From positions 192,001-256,000 of the forward strand of contig OZ242005.1 in NCBI GenBank assembly GCA_965204725.1: a stretch of 64,000 nt of DNA, written 5' to 3'. Source of the DNA: Candidatus Latescibacterota bacterium. GTDB taxonomy: Bacteria; Latescibacterota; UBA2968; UBA8231. The position numbers and the translations under genes were made by a program. Each line of letters begins with the position of its first letter. Position 1 is the stretch's first letter. This document shows, piece by piece, positions 53,852-62,944 of this stretch. A model generated the notes under the pieces. It made no database searches. It was not told where the DNA came from and saw only the letters and a program-made list of their open reading frames with translations.

Positions 53852-56800
53852 TTATAGGACGCGAGCTTCCTCCATTACTTCTAGCTGCTCTCTGGCATAA
53901 TCCACCTGCGTCCTGTACTTGGGATTGTCGCCATAGTTGTCGACGACCTCCTGAAAGACAGCACCGGCTTGGCGGAATTCCTCTTGGGCCATATAGGCAG
54001 CACCGATGTTGACCAGCGAGTTGACAGCTTGGTCGCTCTTGGGGTACTTCTGCTGCACCTCCTTGAAGATCGCCATTGCCTCGTCGTAATTCTTCTCAGC
54101 TAAGAGCTGCTCGCCCGTTGCATAAAGATTGTAGGCATCGATCTCAGCCAAATGCCCGAGCAGGGTTCTCGCCTTTTTCGGCAGTACTCGATCTTGGGCA
54201 ATCAGCTTATCAGCGGGGAAACGCTCCAAGAAAGCTTGGTAGTTCTCGGTGGCCTTCTCATAATCCTTGAGGCCGTAATAGTAATCTCCGAGCGTAAATT
54301 GGCTGCGCGCCCCATACGTACCATCGGAATACTCAGCAACGATTCGCTCGAAAACCGGCACCGCCTCTTCCTTCCGGTCGAGGTTGATCAGGCACCAAGC
54401 CTTGTTGTAAAGCGCATCGTCCACATGACTCGACCTAGAATAGCGCTTAATAATGCGGTCGTAGAAGACCATGGCGTCTAGGAAGTTCTGGTTTTTGTTC
54501 TCCGCCCCGCTCCTGTTGGTCATGTTAAACAGGGCATCCCCAGCGCGAAAAAGCGCCTCAGATGCATAGCGAGACTGAGGATACTTATCTGCTAGGCTAG
54601 CAAAAATATCGCTAGCAGCGCGCCATTTACCCATCCGATAATGCGCCCAAGCATCGTAGTAATAGGCATGCACAGCGCGGTCGTCTTCGGGATATTGAGT
54701 GTAATAGGCATTGAACGCCTTTGACATCGCTGGTAGCACTTCGACATTGCCGTTAGCCGATAGCCTGTTATAAGCTACGCCTATCTGGAACTGGGCATTT
54801 CTAGCCCAAGCAATCTGCGGGTAATTTTCGATAATGGTGTTATAAGTGGCAATCGCTTGGACGAATTGCGCCGACCGGTAGAAGCAGTTGCCTTGGACGA
54901 AGAGTGCGTTGGCAATGCTCTCGGCATTGATAGCCAGGTCGATTAGCTCCTGAGCCGCATCAATACTCTGTTGAAACTTATCCAATTTGAAGTAGGCATT
55001 GGCCAAGCGAATGAGTAAACGCTCCCGGTCTTCGCTAGAAGTAGTAGTAGCCAACATCTCCTCGTAGATATGTACGGCTTCCTCTGGATTGCCTTTCTTT
55101 TCGGCCATTGAGATTAGCTGCAACCGCGCCGAACGCACCAAGCTCTCGTCCCCTGAAGCAATGACTTCGTTTAGCAGCTTCTCTGCCTCTTCGTCGTTGC
55201 CTTCCGCAGAGTACGAGAGTGCCATTGAGAAAGTGACCTTTAGCTGCATAGCCTTGGGGATCTTGGTGTCCAATAGCCACTTGTAATCGACCAGCGCACG
55301 GTCGTAACGGCCCGAATAGTGATAGGCCAATGCACGACCATAGCGGGTATCGCGAATGACATCGCTCTCTGGGTACTCTTCAAGCACCAAGCTGTAGCGC
55401 TCGACTGCGTCGACGTAGTTTTTATTGTTAAGGTCGAGTTGGGCCATCTGAAAATGGGCCCTAGCCTCCAAGTCGCGGTCGCCGGTTACACCTTCCAGCA
55501 ATTGATTGAGCAACGCACGCCCCTCGGCAATGCGATCTTGAGAAATATAGATATTAGCCGCCTCAATCAGCGCGGCAATGTACGTCTCGCGGGCATCGCG
55601 ATCCACTTGAGAAAAAGCAGCAATGGCCTCGTCTTTCCGCTCCTCGTCTCGGTAGAGAATACCAAGTCCATAGTACGCATCAGCCGTATGCCGCGTATCC
55701 TGATAGCTCTCCGTTATGGCCTTGTAGGCTTCAATGGCCTCCTCGACTTTCTGCTGCTCGTAACTGAGCCGAGCGATGCGCAACAAGCACAACGGAGCTT
55801 GATCTGAGCGGGGGAAGTTCTCCACTGCCTGCGTGTAGCTTGCGATAGCCTGATCTACCCCGCCGAATTTCTCGGCAGACCAACCTGCGCTGTAGAGTGC
55901 TGCGGAGCGCAAACCCGTATCGCTATCCGGGTAATCCTCTAGTAGCTGGAGGTAGTCTTCGCGGGCAGCGGCGTAGTCTCCGGCGAAGTATTTAGCTTCG
56001 CCTTTCTGATACTGAGCGTTGGGTGGATAAGGCGTATCCCCGTAGAGTTCGATCACTTGGTTGTAAGCGGTCCATGCCTCGTCGAACTTATTCCACTCCA
56101 TGTAGTTGTCGCCGATTCTCATCTGCACCTTGGCCTTATAAAAGCGCTCCTCGGCGGTTTCTTGAGCAGCGATCAACTCTTGATAGGCTTCCTCAAACTG
56201 GTCTGTTTTACGGAAAATCTCAGCAACGCGCAACGAGGAGGTTTCAAAGAGCTGTCGATAGTTTTCAAAATCGACATTCTTACCCTCGCGGAACGAGCCG
56301 CGCAAAAGTTCAAACATCCGGTCGTAGAGGTTGCGCACATCGCGGTAGGCTTTAATCGCCTCCACATCGCGCCCCATCTGATCATAGGCGTTAGCCTTCA
56401 GATAGAGGGCTTGGGCAATGACTGGACTATCGGGATATTTGTCGAGGACTATCTGGGCCATATCAACGGCTTGGGCGTAATCGCCCTTCTCATAAAGCGC
56501 ACTGGCGATGCGGAACTGAGAATCCGGCGCATAGCGATCTTGCGGATAAGCCGCCAACATGCCGTTGAGCGTTTCAATGGACTGGTCGTATTCTTTTGTA
56601 TTAAACTCGCTCCAGCCCGCATAAAAATACGCCTTGCCGGCTTCCTGCGTCTCGGGGAACAACTCAACATAGCGCTTGTATTCCTTCGCTGCCTCGCCGT
56701 ACTCTTTGGCGAGGAAGCGGGTTTCGGCGACTTGGAACTGCACTAAAGACTTGAAATCCTCGGCTACACTCCCTACATCAATAACTTGGCGGTAGGCCTC

Positions 56801-57097
56801 CACCGCTTTTTCGTGTTGTCCGCTCTTTTTGTAGGCGTTGCCTAGCTGATACCAAGCCGCCGCGACTACGGGCAATTCCAAGTTGTTGCCAAACATCACC
56901 CGTACACTATCGGTGCGCACGGCCCTGCTATCGAACTTGACGATCTTTGAATACTCGATGATCGCCCCTTCAAACTCGCCAAGGGCATAGAGAGATTGTC
57001 CGGCGTCAAAACTGGTCTTCAGATTTTGCGGCACCGGCAGAAAAAGGCTAGCTCCTAGCCCCAATCCCAGCGCGATAAGTCCAGCCCAGACCGTCAT
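53852..57097 (-). CDS. Large periplasmic TPR protein (BamD/CpoB-like repeats)
   Basis: N-terminal hydrophobic segment; many TPRs with YPxS...A.Y..G pattern; RBS AAGGAG. Confidence 0.88.
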   Translation of the reverse strand: MTVWAGLIALGLGLGASLFLPVPQNLKTSFDAGQSLYALGEFEGAIIEYSKIVKFDSRAVRTDSVRVMFGNNLELPVVAAAWYQLGNAYKKSGQHEKAVEAYRQVIDVGSVAEDFKSLVQFQVAETRFLAKEYGEAAKEYKRYVELFPETQEAGKAYFYAGWSEFNTKEYDQSIETLNGMLAAYPQDRYAPDSQFRIASALYEKGDYAQAVDMAQIVLDKYPDSPVIAQALYLKANAYDQMGRDVEAIKAYRDVRNLYDRMFELLRGSFREGKNVDFENYRQLFETSSLRVAEIFRKTDQFEEAYQELIAAQETAEERFYKAKVQMRIGDNYMEWNKFDEAWTAYNQVIELYGDTPYPPNAQYQKGEAKYFAGDYAAAREDYLQLLEDYPDSDTGLRSAALYSAGWSAEKFGGVDQAIASYTQAVENFPRSDQAPLCLLRIARLSYEQQKVEEAIEAYKAITESYQDTRHTADAYYGLGILYRDEERKDEAIAAFSQVDRDARETYIAALIEAANIYISQDRIAEGRALLNQLLEGVTGDRDLEARAHFQMAQLDLNNKNYVDAVERYSLVLEEYPESDVIRDTRYGRALAYHYSGRYDRALVDYKWLLDTKIPKAMQLKVTFSMALSYSAEGNDEEAEKLLNEVIASGDESLVRSARLQLISMAEKKGNPEEAVHIYEEMLATTTSSEDRERLLIRLANAYFKLDKFQQSIDAAQELIDLAINAESIANALFVQGNCFYRSAQFVQAIATYNTIIENYPQIAWARNAQFQIGVAYNRLSANGNVEVLPAMSKAFNAYYTQYPEDDRAVHAYYYDAWAHYRMGKWRAASDIFASLADKYPQSRYASEALFRAGDALFNMTNRSGAENKNQNFLDAMVFYDRIIKRYSRSSHVDDALYNKAWCLINLDRKEEAVPVFERIVAEYSDGTYGARSQFTLGDYYYGLKDYEKATENYQAFLERFPADKLIAQDRVLPKKARTLLGHLAEIDAYNLYATGEQLLAEKNYDEAMAIFKEVQQKYPKSDQAVNSLVNIGAAYMAQEEFRQAGAVFQEVVDNYGDNPKYRTQVDYAREQLEVMEEARVL

Positions 57098-57152
57098 TTG
57101 TGCATCTCCTTGCTAGGTTCCTAATTTGGAGTTCATCGGGGGCTTTTTGGGT

Positions 57153-58106
57153 TTAGAATTCGTAGGCAAAGGAGAATCGGTGCGCTCCATTGGTCTCGGT
57201 CAGTTCCAAGCCGATGTCATAGGCATAATCGAACACCAACTGGTTCCACTGATACCCCAACCCCGCATTCAAACCCCCACCCGCATCCTCCGACAACATA
57301 CGACGACCACCCGCCCGCAACGCCAACCCCTCCAACAACTGCGTCTCCCCCCCAACCACCAACCCATTCTCCGCGCTATCCCCCCCCGTCACATCGCGAC
57401 GCACATACTGAACCGATACCAACGACTGGCTGCTCAGACGATAGCCCACCCCCACATGCATGTCCATCGGCAACCCACCCGCATCCGAGTCGACGACGCC
57501 CGCAGCATCCTTCACCTCGCCCCACTTCACATTCGGCTGATTGATATTCTTCAACAACACCCCCACCTGCGCCCCAGCCACCGGACTCTGCCACAACAAA
57601 CCCAAATCCAACCCCACATTGCCCGCGCTCTGGTTTGAAACCGGATCGGGCCGACCATTATCGGGCGGGATCGCACCCACACTCCAAAACAAATACTTCG
57701 CCGACACCCCCACCTGCAGCCGACGCTGCACCTGATACGACAGCGACACAAACGCCCCATTCTCGCTCATCAGCGACGAGCCAATCCGCTCATAGCCCAA
57801 CCCCAACCCCAGCTTGTCGCCCAGCGGCTGGGCATAGGAAACCACGTGCTGCCCCAGATCGTCCCCGTCAATGCCCACCAGCAAAAGCGACACATTCGTA
57901 TAGGAAACCTGACGGTTAGACACTTGGCCTAACCCGGCCGGATTGGCAAACACTGCATCCGCATTGTCCGCCACCGCCACAAAGCTGTTGCCCAACCCTT
58001 GGGCACGAGCTCCCGAACCGACATTCTGAATGTTTACAACCCCCTCGCTTGATTGGGCGACTAACAGCGAGCCGACTAAAACACTAAGCATTTTCAGAGA
58101 TTTCAT
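57153..58106 (-). CDS. PorV/PorQ (UPF0164)-like outer-membrane beta-barrel
   Basis: GARAQGLGNSFVAVADNADAVFANPAGL; LRAG...GLG...FDYAY...HRFSFAYEF. Confidence 0.82.
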   Translation of the reverse strand: MKSLKMLSVLVGSLLVAQSSEGVVNIQNVGSGARAQGLGNSFVAVADNADAVFANPAGLGQVSNRQVSYTNVSLLLVGIDGDDLGQHVVSYAQPLGDKLGLGLGYERIGSSLMSENGAFVSLSYQVQRRLQVGVSAKYLFWSVGAIPPDNGRPDPVSNQSAGNVGLDLGLLWQSPVAGAQVGVLLKNINQPNVKWGEVKDAAGVVDSDAGGLPMDMHVGVGYRLSSQSLVSVQYVRRDVTGGDSAENGLVVGGETQLLEGLALRAGGRRMLSEDAGGGLNAGLGYQWNQLVFDYAYDIGLELTETNGAHRFSFAYEF

Positions 58107-58141
58107 AATGCCAACTCCTCCTTGGTGATCTCGCTTAAAGG

Positions 58142-58885
58142 CTAGTTTGCCTTAGCAACTCTAGGAACGACTGTGCCGTCCTCGTAAATCTTGCCGATAT
58201 CTCGGACGAATTTATAGGAAATATTGGTGGTCTCCACCGGCTCGTTGCGAAAGTCAAATCGCAGGATTACATCAAGCACTTGGACTTCGATATCACTCAC
58301 GTCGGGGTGGAGCACGGGGAAAACAACGAAGCCCTCCGTCTCTTGACCGCTGAAGATCTCCTCGTCTTTGAGCATCGTCCGCCGCAACAAGTCGCGGCGT
58401 TCTTGGTAGCGGGCATATTCATTGCCTCTATAACCTATGGCATAGGCACGATAATACGTGTCGAGCTGCTCAAAGTTGAGGCTCCAATACTCGCGATTAT
58501 TGCTCGCTTTGACGACGATTTTGCTCGGATCAATTCTGACTTTGGGGTAAGCGTAATTCTTAACGCTGAGACGGAAGACGGTGAAGCGCTGTTTTTCTTT
58601 ATCCGTCCCCCAAAATACCGTGTTGCCAAAGGTATAGGGGTTTGTGGACTTAGGACCTGCTTGGGAATTATTGAAAAACTGGCGATTCAACTCTTCGTCG
58701 GTCATCGGCTTGAGTCGCACTTCAAAACGATCTTGGGCAAAGGTCAAGGTCCCGTCATCTGCCACGCTGATCAACGAGGCCTGATCTTGGCCGGGCTGCA
58801 ATGGTCCCGTGTAATAGCTATATCCACAGCCTAGCACACCCGAGCCGATTATTAAAGCCAAGAATAATACTCGTGTGGAACTCAT
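58142..58885 (-). CDS. Hypothetical lipoprotein
   Basis: Lipobox VLGC; start coupled to the upstream stop (TGATG). Confidence 0.75.
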   Translation of the reverse strand: MSSTRVLFLALIIGSGVLGCGYSYYTGPLQPGQDQASLISVADDGTLTFAQDRFEVRLKPMTDEELNRQFFNNSQAGPKSTNPYTFGNTVFWGTDKEKQRFTVFRLSVKNYAYPKVRIDPSKIVVKASNNREYWSLNFEQLDTYYRAYAIGYRGNEYARYQERRDLLRRTMLKDEEIFSGQETEGFVVFPVLHPDVSDIEVQVLDVILRFDFRNEPVETTNISYKFVRDIGKIYEDGTVVPRVAKAN

Positions 58886-59817
58886 CACTCCGAAACTCCT
58901 TGATGGTCCTGCTCTGTGTACAAAGAGGCTTTCAAACGCCCCCAAGACCTCGGCTCTACTGCCGTAAAAGTACCCTCTAGCGGCATCAGGATCAAGTCGG
59001 TAAAGCGATCGGAAAAGCGATAAGAGTTGTGTTGGCCCGAAAGCGACCACTTAGCATCAAAAAGCTCTGAATGCACATCAAAGTCGTTAAACTCTACGTT
59101 AAAACCAAGGATTTCATTTTCCTGCAAGATATGCTCTTCGCTTTGAAAGACCGCATTGATATCGACGCGATCAAATGGCACGAGCATGACTTCATAACTC
59201 GTCACTCCCTCTCCTCCCAAGACACCTATAAACTCGACCGCCGCTCCGGTATAGGGACCATCGGGTAGCGCGTACCAAGCGGCGGCGGAAAAATTGACGA
59301 AAAAATCCTCGTCGGGCGGCGGGCCAGCTAAAACGAAATGGTTGGCCTTAGCCCCGTTGCGCCGCCGCTGCTCTTCGTGGCTCAACTCGGTGAAATTTGC
59401 GAATTGTTCACCTGAGTGATCCGCGTCGATAAATAATTCCATCGCGTCGTCTTGGAAAAGCACCGTAGCACTACCGGCGGGACGATCGATTTGGTGTATA
59501 TCATCGCGAACCTGAGCGGCTATGTAGAGCCTGTTCTCCGCTTTATTCCACCCTACCATGAGACGAGCAGCAAAATCATCCGAATCACTCGCCTCAACTT
59601 CTGGACTAATTAGATCGTGAAATTGATCCGTTAATACGACGTAGGAGTCATCTACAACCTCCCAATCTCTCAAATCTCCGTCAATAGCGGGGACCAAGTG
59701 ATCGGGAAATTGAAAAGCTCTGTAGGCCACTCCTTCGGGGTAATGCCCCAGAGCCGGCTTAGCTGATCCTACTGTTATCCATAGCACCAACCCTAAAAAA
59801 ACAAATACGACCAGCAC
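58885..59817 (-). CDS. Secreted CBM9/DOMON-like protein with C-terminal SWGRLK motif; paralog of 38629-39519
   Basis: HYPEG..AFQFP..PAIDGDLRDW, NRLYIA.QVRDD, DADHSG; TAVEPRSWGRLKAS. Confidence 0.75.
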   Translation of the reverse strand: MLVVFVFLGLVLWITVGSAKPALGHYPEGVAYRAFQFPDHLVPAIDGDLRDWEVVDDSYVVLTDQFHDLISPEVEASDSDDFAARLMVGWNKAENRLYIAAQVRDDIHQIDRPAGSATVLFQDDAMELFIDADHSGEQFANFTELSHEEQRRRNGAKANHFVLAGPPPDEDFFVNFSAAAWYALPDGPYTGAAVEFIGVLGGEGVTSYEVMLVPFDRVDINAVFQSEEHILQENEILGFNVEFNDFDVHSELFDAKWSLSGQHNSYRFSDRFTDLILMPLEGTFTAVEPRSWGRLKASLYTEQDHQGVSE

Positions 59818-60263
59818 CTCAGCCGACCCCTTCTCATTCGTTTTTGACGGCTTTCAATTATTATCGGGTTGTATGATAATCAATGGCCTAAGACGTGTCA
59901 AGATATATTAGAGATAGCCGTGGAAACAACGGGCCTATAACGAGTAAAATCAATGAATAACAATAAGTTAGGTCTATTCAACCCCCGTGTAAGTCGCTGC
60001 AAGTCCCTTCATCCGCGCCCCGAATTCACTGATTATCTGAGCGATTGACCACAAAGGCCCTCTTTTTTAATGATCATCAGCCCGATCTGATTATCTTGAG
60101 ATGTTCACCAATATACTATATAATAGAATAGCAAAACGTCTATACGTGAATACGTGATTAACCCGGCCGGTGCGGACTGAGTTGGAGTGCGCAACCCCGT
60201 CGGCGGCATTGGTCTCCTCGTCGTAGGTGGCCAAGGGCTCACATTCTTGCGCGGAGGTGTTCG

Positions 60264-62918
60264 ATGATCAGGTTGTTGGTAGCGGCACTCGGCGTCGTGT
60301 CTATACTCAGCAACGGCTATGCCGAAATCAAGCGATGGCGCGTCGGCGACGATGTGCATCCTTGGACCCTGCGGCCGGTCACCGGTCGTCTCGACTTGGG
60401 CCGTAGCTGGGCTGTCGAGCTGATCGCCGACGATGATGGGGACGGGCGCATCGACGAAGACCCGGTCGAGCTAGTCGACAATGACTACGACGGCCAGATC
60501 AACGAAGACCCCATAGACCCACAAGTTGACAACGACGACGACGGCCAGATCAACGAAGACCCAGCCAACGGGCGCGACGACGATGGCGACGGACTCATTG
60601 ACGAAGACCCCCCGGAATTTTTCGACAACGACAACGACGGGCGCATTGACGAGGATGGGCCGGATCCTCAGTTCGATAATGACGGCGATGGACTGCTCAA
60701 CGAGGACGGGTTGTATTCTCCTTTTGACGACGACTGGGACGGACTGCTCAACGAAGATCCGGCCAATGGTCTGGACGACGACAACGACGGACTGATCGAT
60801 GAAGATCCGCCACTGCCCGAACACGGTGAGGGGATTACCACTTGGATTAGGCCAGTGCATTTGGACAGCCTGCGGAACCTCGCCTATCTGCTCAACCAGC
60901 GCTTCAAGATCGGCGAGTTCGGCGGCATCATCCCCGGCAAGGCTCCGCAGCGCCCCTTTATGGTGGTACCGAGCGAATATGGCTTTCGCCGTGAGATAGC
61001 CGACCCGATTTCGGCCGACTACTGGTCAACCGCGCAGGTAATCGGTCGAGTCGACGCCGAAAAGTCGGTTGACGGCAACCTGAGTACGGCATACGGCTCC
61101 GCCCTTTACCACCGCGGCGGAGTTGGCATCAACCTGATGGGCTACTACTATCTCAATCGCATTATCTTCCGCCCGCGGCCGACCTTGCCCGCCACCACTA
61201 TTGCCAACTACTTCATCAGCTATGGAGACCACACTACCATCAACAGCCGCTCTGAAACCATCCAAGCGAGTAAAATATTAGTCCCTGTTACTAACGGCCA
61301 GTTCAACCCGGTGATCAAGGATATCCGATTTGGTCTGCCCTTTGTCGCCGGCCGCCTCGACATAGTTTCGATTGATCTCAAAGGCACCTATGTAGAGACC
61401 GCCGAAGCTGGCTATTTCGGCGACGGCTACGCCATCGACGGGCGGTACACCTCGGCGATCATTGACGTGGGCACACTCACCCCGCGCATCCGGCGCTACG
61501 ACCGAGAGATCGAGCAGTTCGCCGGCTCCGATCGCGGTAGTTATGAAAGCCAGTTTCCCTTCGATGTTGCCGGCGGCCAAGTCAACTGGGGCAAGGTGCG
61601 TTGGCGCGGGCGTCGCGACAGCCGCGACAGCGATGTCCGCATCCAGTTCCGCGTCGGCAACACCCTCGACACCCACCTATACGCCCGCCGCTTAGGCCCG
61701 GGCCTCTCCGACACCCAAGACGAAAACGGCGTACCGCTCGACCTGTTTTCTTGGATCAAGCTCCCCGAAGGCCGCGTCCCCGAACACGAGCTTCAGTACA
61801 ACGAGCTAGGGGTTGACCTAGGCGACGACGGCCTCTTGGGCTGGAGCTTCTGGTCGGCCCCCTTCAAGCTCGAAGACGGTCTTATCGACGAGAGCTTGCC
61901 CGAATCCGAGTGGCAAAACGCCGGTGTCCAGCTGCCTCTGCCCGGCGGAACTCGCTACATCCAGTTTCGCATCTTCTTCGATTCCGCCCAGCACAGTGCG
62001 GCCCTGTTGGACTTCATCGAGTTCGACTACGACGCGCCGCTGGTCTCGGGTGGGATTGTCGCCGAAATTTTCCCCCCGTACGTCACCTTGGGCGAGGAGA
62101 CCGATTTCCGCTACTTTGTCCGGCCATTCTTCAAAACAGGCGAGGCCACCTCCTTCAACCGGATCGAGATCGCCGTGCCCAGCGCCGACACGCGCATCGA
62201 CACCTTGCGCTTCGACGGTCAAGATTGGGCCGAAATCGCCGCTGGCACGGCCGACGATCCGCTGCGCGATGTGCGTCCCATCCGCCTCGCCCCGGCAGCG
62301 GGTCGCTCCGACAGCCTAGGACAATTCGCTCAGAACCTGACTTCCGACCCGCTCACCGGCTCGTCTAAGCTACACATCAAGTTCCCCACAATGGGCGCGG
62401 AGCATTTCCAACTCGGCGAGAACATCGAAATCGTCTTTCGCTCCAAGCTCTTCCGCGGCTCTGAGGAGTTCACCAGCACGGTGTGGAACGACCAAGGCGG
62501 CGACAGCGGCGAATTTATCCCCCAGCCGACCGAAGATGGGGACGCTACCCCCGACATAGCCACCAACGCCCGCCTCGTGGTCGCCGACGAGATCAATCAA
62601 CTCATCGAGGCCCCCTATATCGTTCCCAACCCCTTTACCCCCAACGGCGATGGCATCAACGACGAGGCGGTCTTTTCCTTTGATCTCGTCCGCCTCTTAG
62701 AGCCGGTTAATGTTCAAGTCAACATCTACGACCTGTCCGGCCGCCCCATCGCCCAGATACACACCGGCGGCTCGCCCGCGAGCAACGTCCAAATTAAGTG
62801 GGACGGTCGCACAAGCCACGGCCAACTCGCACCGCCGGGAATCTATCTCTACCGGCTCATCGCAGACTCGGACGCGACCTCCACGGCCTATACGGGATCC
62901 CTATCGCTGGTCTATTGA
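60264..62918 (+). CDS. Secreted protein with Asp-rich Ca-binding repeats and C-terminal FlgD-Ig/T9SS type B-like domain
   Basis: RBS GGAGG; signal NGYA/E; 8x DxDxDGxxxED; AEIFP; PNPFTPNGDGIND...LSLVY. Confidence 0.82.
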   Translation: MIRLLVAALGVVSILSNGYAEIKRWRVGDDVHPWTLRPVTGRLDLGRSWAVELIADDDGDGRIDEDPVELVDNDYDGQINEDPIDPQVDNDDDGQINEDPANGRDDDGDGLIDEDPPEFFDNDNDGRIDEDGPDPQFDNDGDGLLNEDGLYSPFDDDWDGLLNEDPANGLDDDNDGLIDEDPPLPEHGEGITTWIRPVHLDSLRNLAYLLNQRFKIGEFGGIIPGKAPQRPFMVVPSEYGFRREIADPISADYWSTAQVIGRVDAEKSVDGNLSTAYGSALYHRGGVGINLMGYYYLNRIIFRPRPTLPATTIANYFISYGDHTTINSRSETIQASKILVPVTNGQFNPVIKDIRFGLPFVAGRLDIVSIDLKGTYVETAEAGYFGDGYAIDGRYTSAIIDVGTLTPRIRRYDREIEQFAGSDRGSYESQFPFDVAGGQVNWGKVRWRGRRDSRDSDVRIQFRVGNTLDTHLYARRLGPGLSDTQDENGVPLDLFSWIKLPEGRVPEHELQYNELGVDLGDDGLLGWSFWSAPFKLEDGLIDESLPESEWQNAGVQLPLPGGTRYIQFRIFFDSAQHSAALLDFIEFDYDAPLVSGGIVAEIFPPYVTLGEETDFRYFVRPFFKTGEATSFNRIEIAVPSADTRIDTLRFDGQDWAEIAAGTADDPLRDVRPIRLAPAAGRSDSLGQFAQNLTSDPLTGSSKLHIKFPTMGAEHFQLGENIEIVFRSKLFRGSEEFTSTVWNDQGGDSGEFIPQPTEDGDATPDIATNARLVVADEINQLIEAPYIVPNPFTPNGDGINDEAVFSFDLVRLLEPVNVQVNIYDLSGRPIAQIHTGGSPASNVQIKWDGRTSHGQLAPPGIYLYRLIADSDATSTAYTGSLSLVY

Positions 62919-62944
62919 CCACAAGGCGCGACCATTCTAACGTC

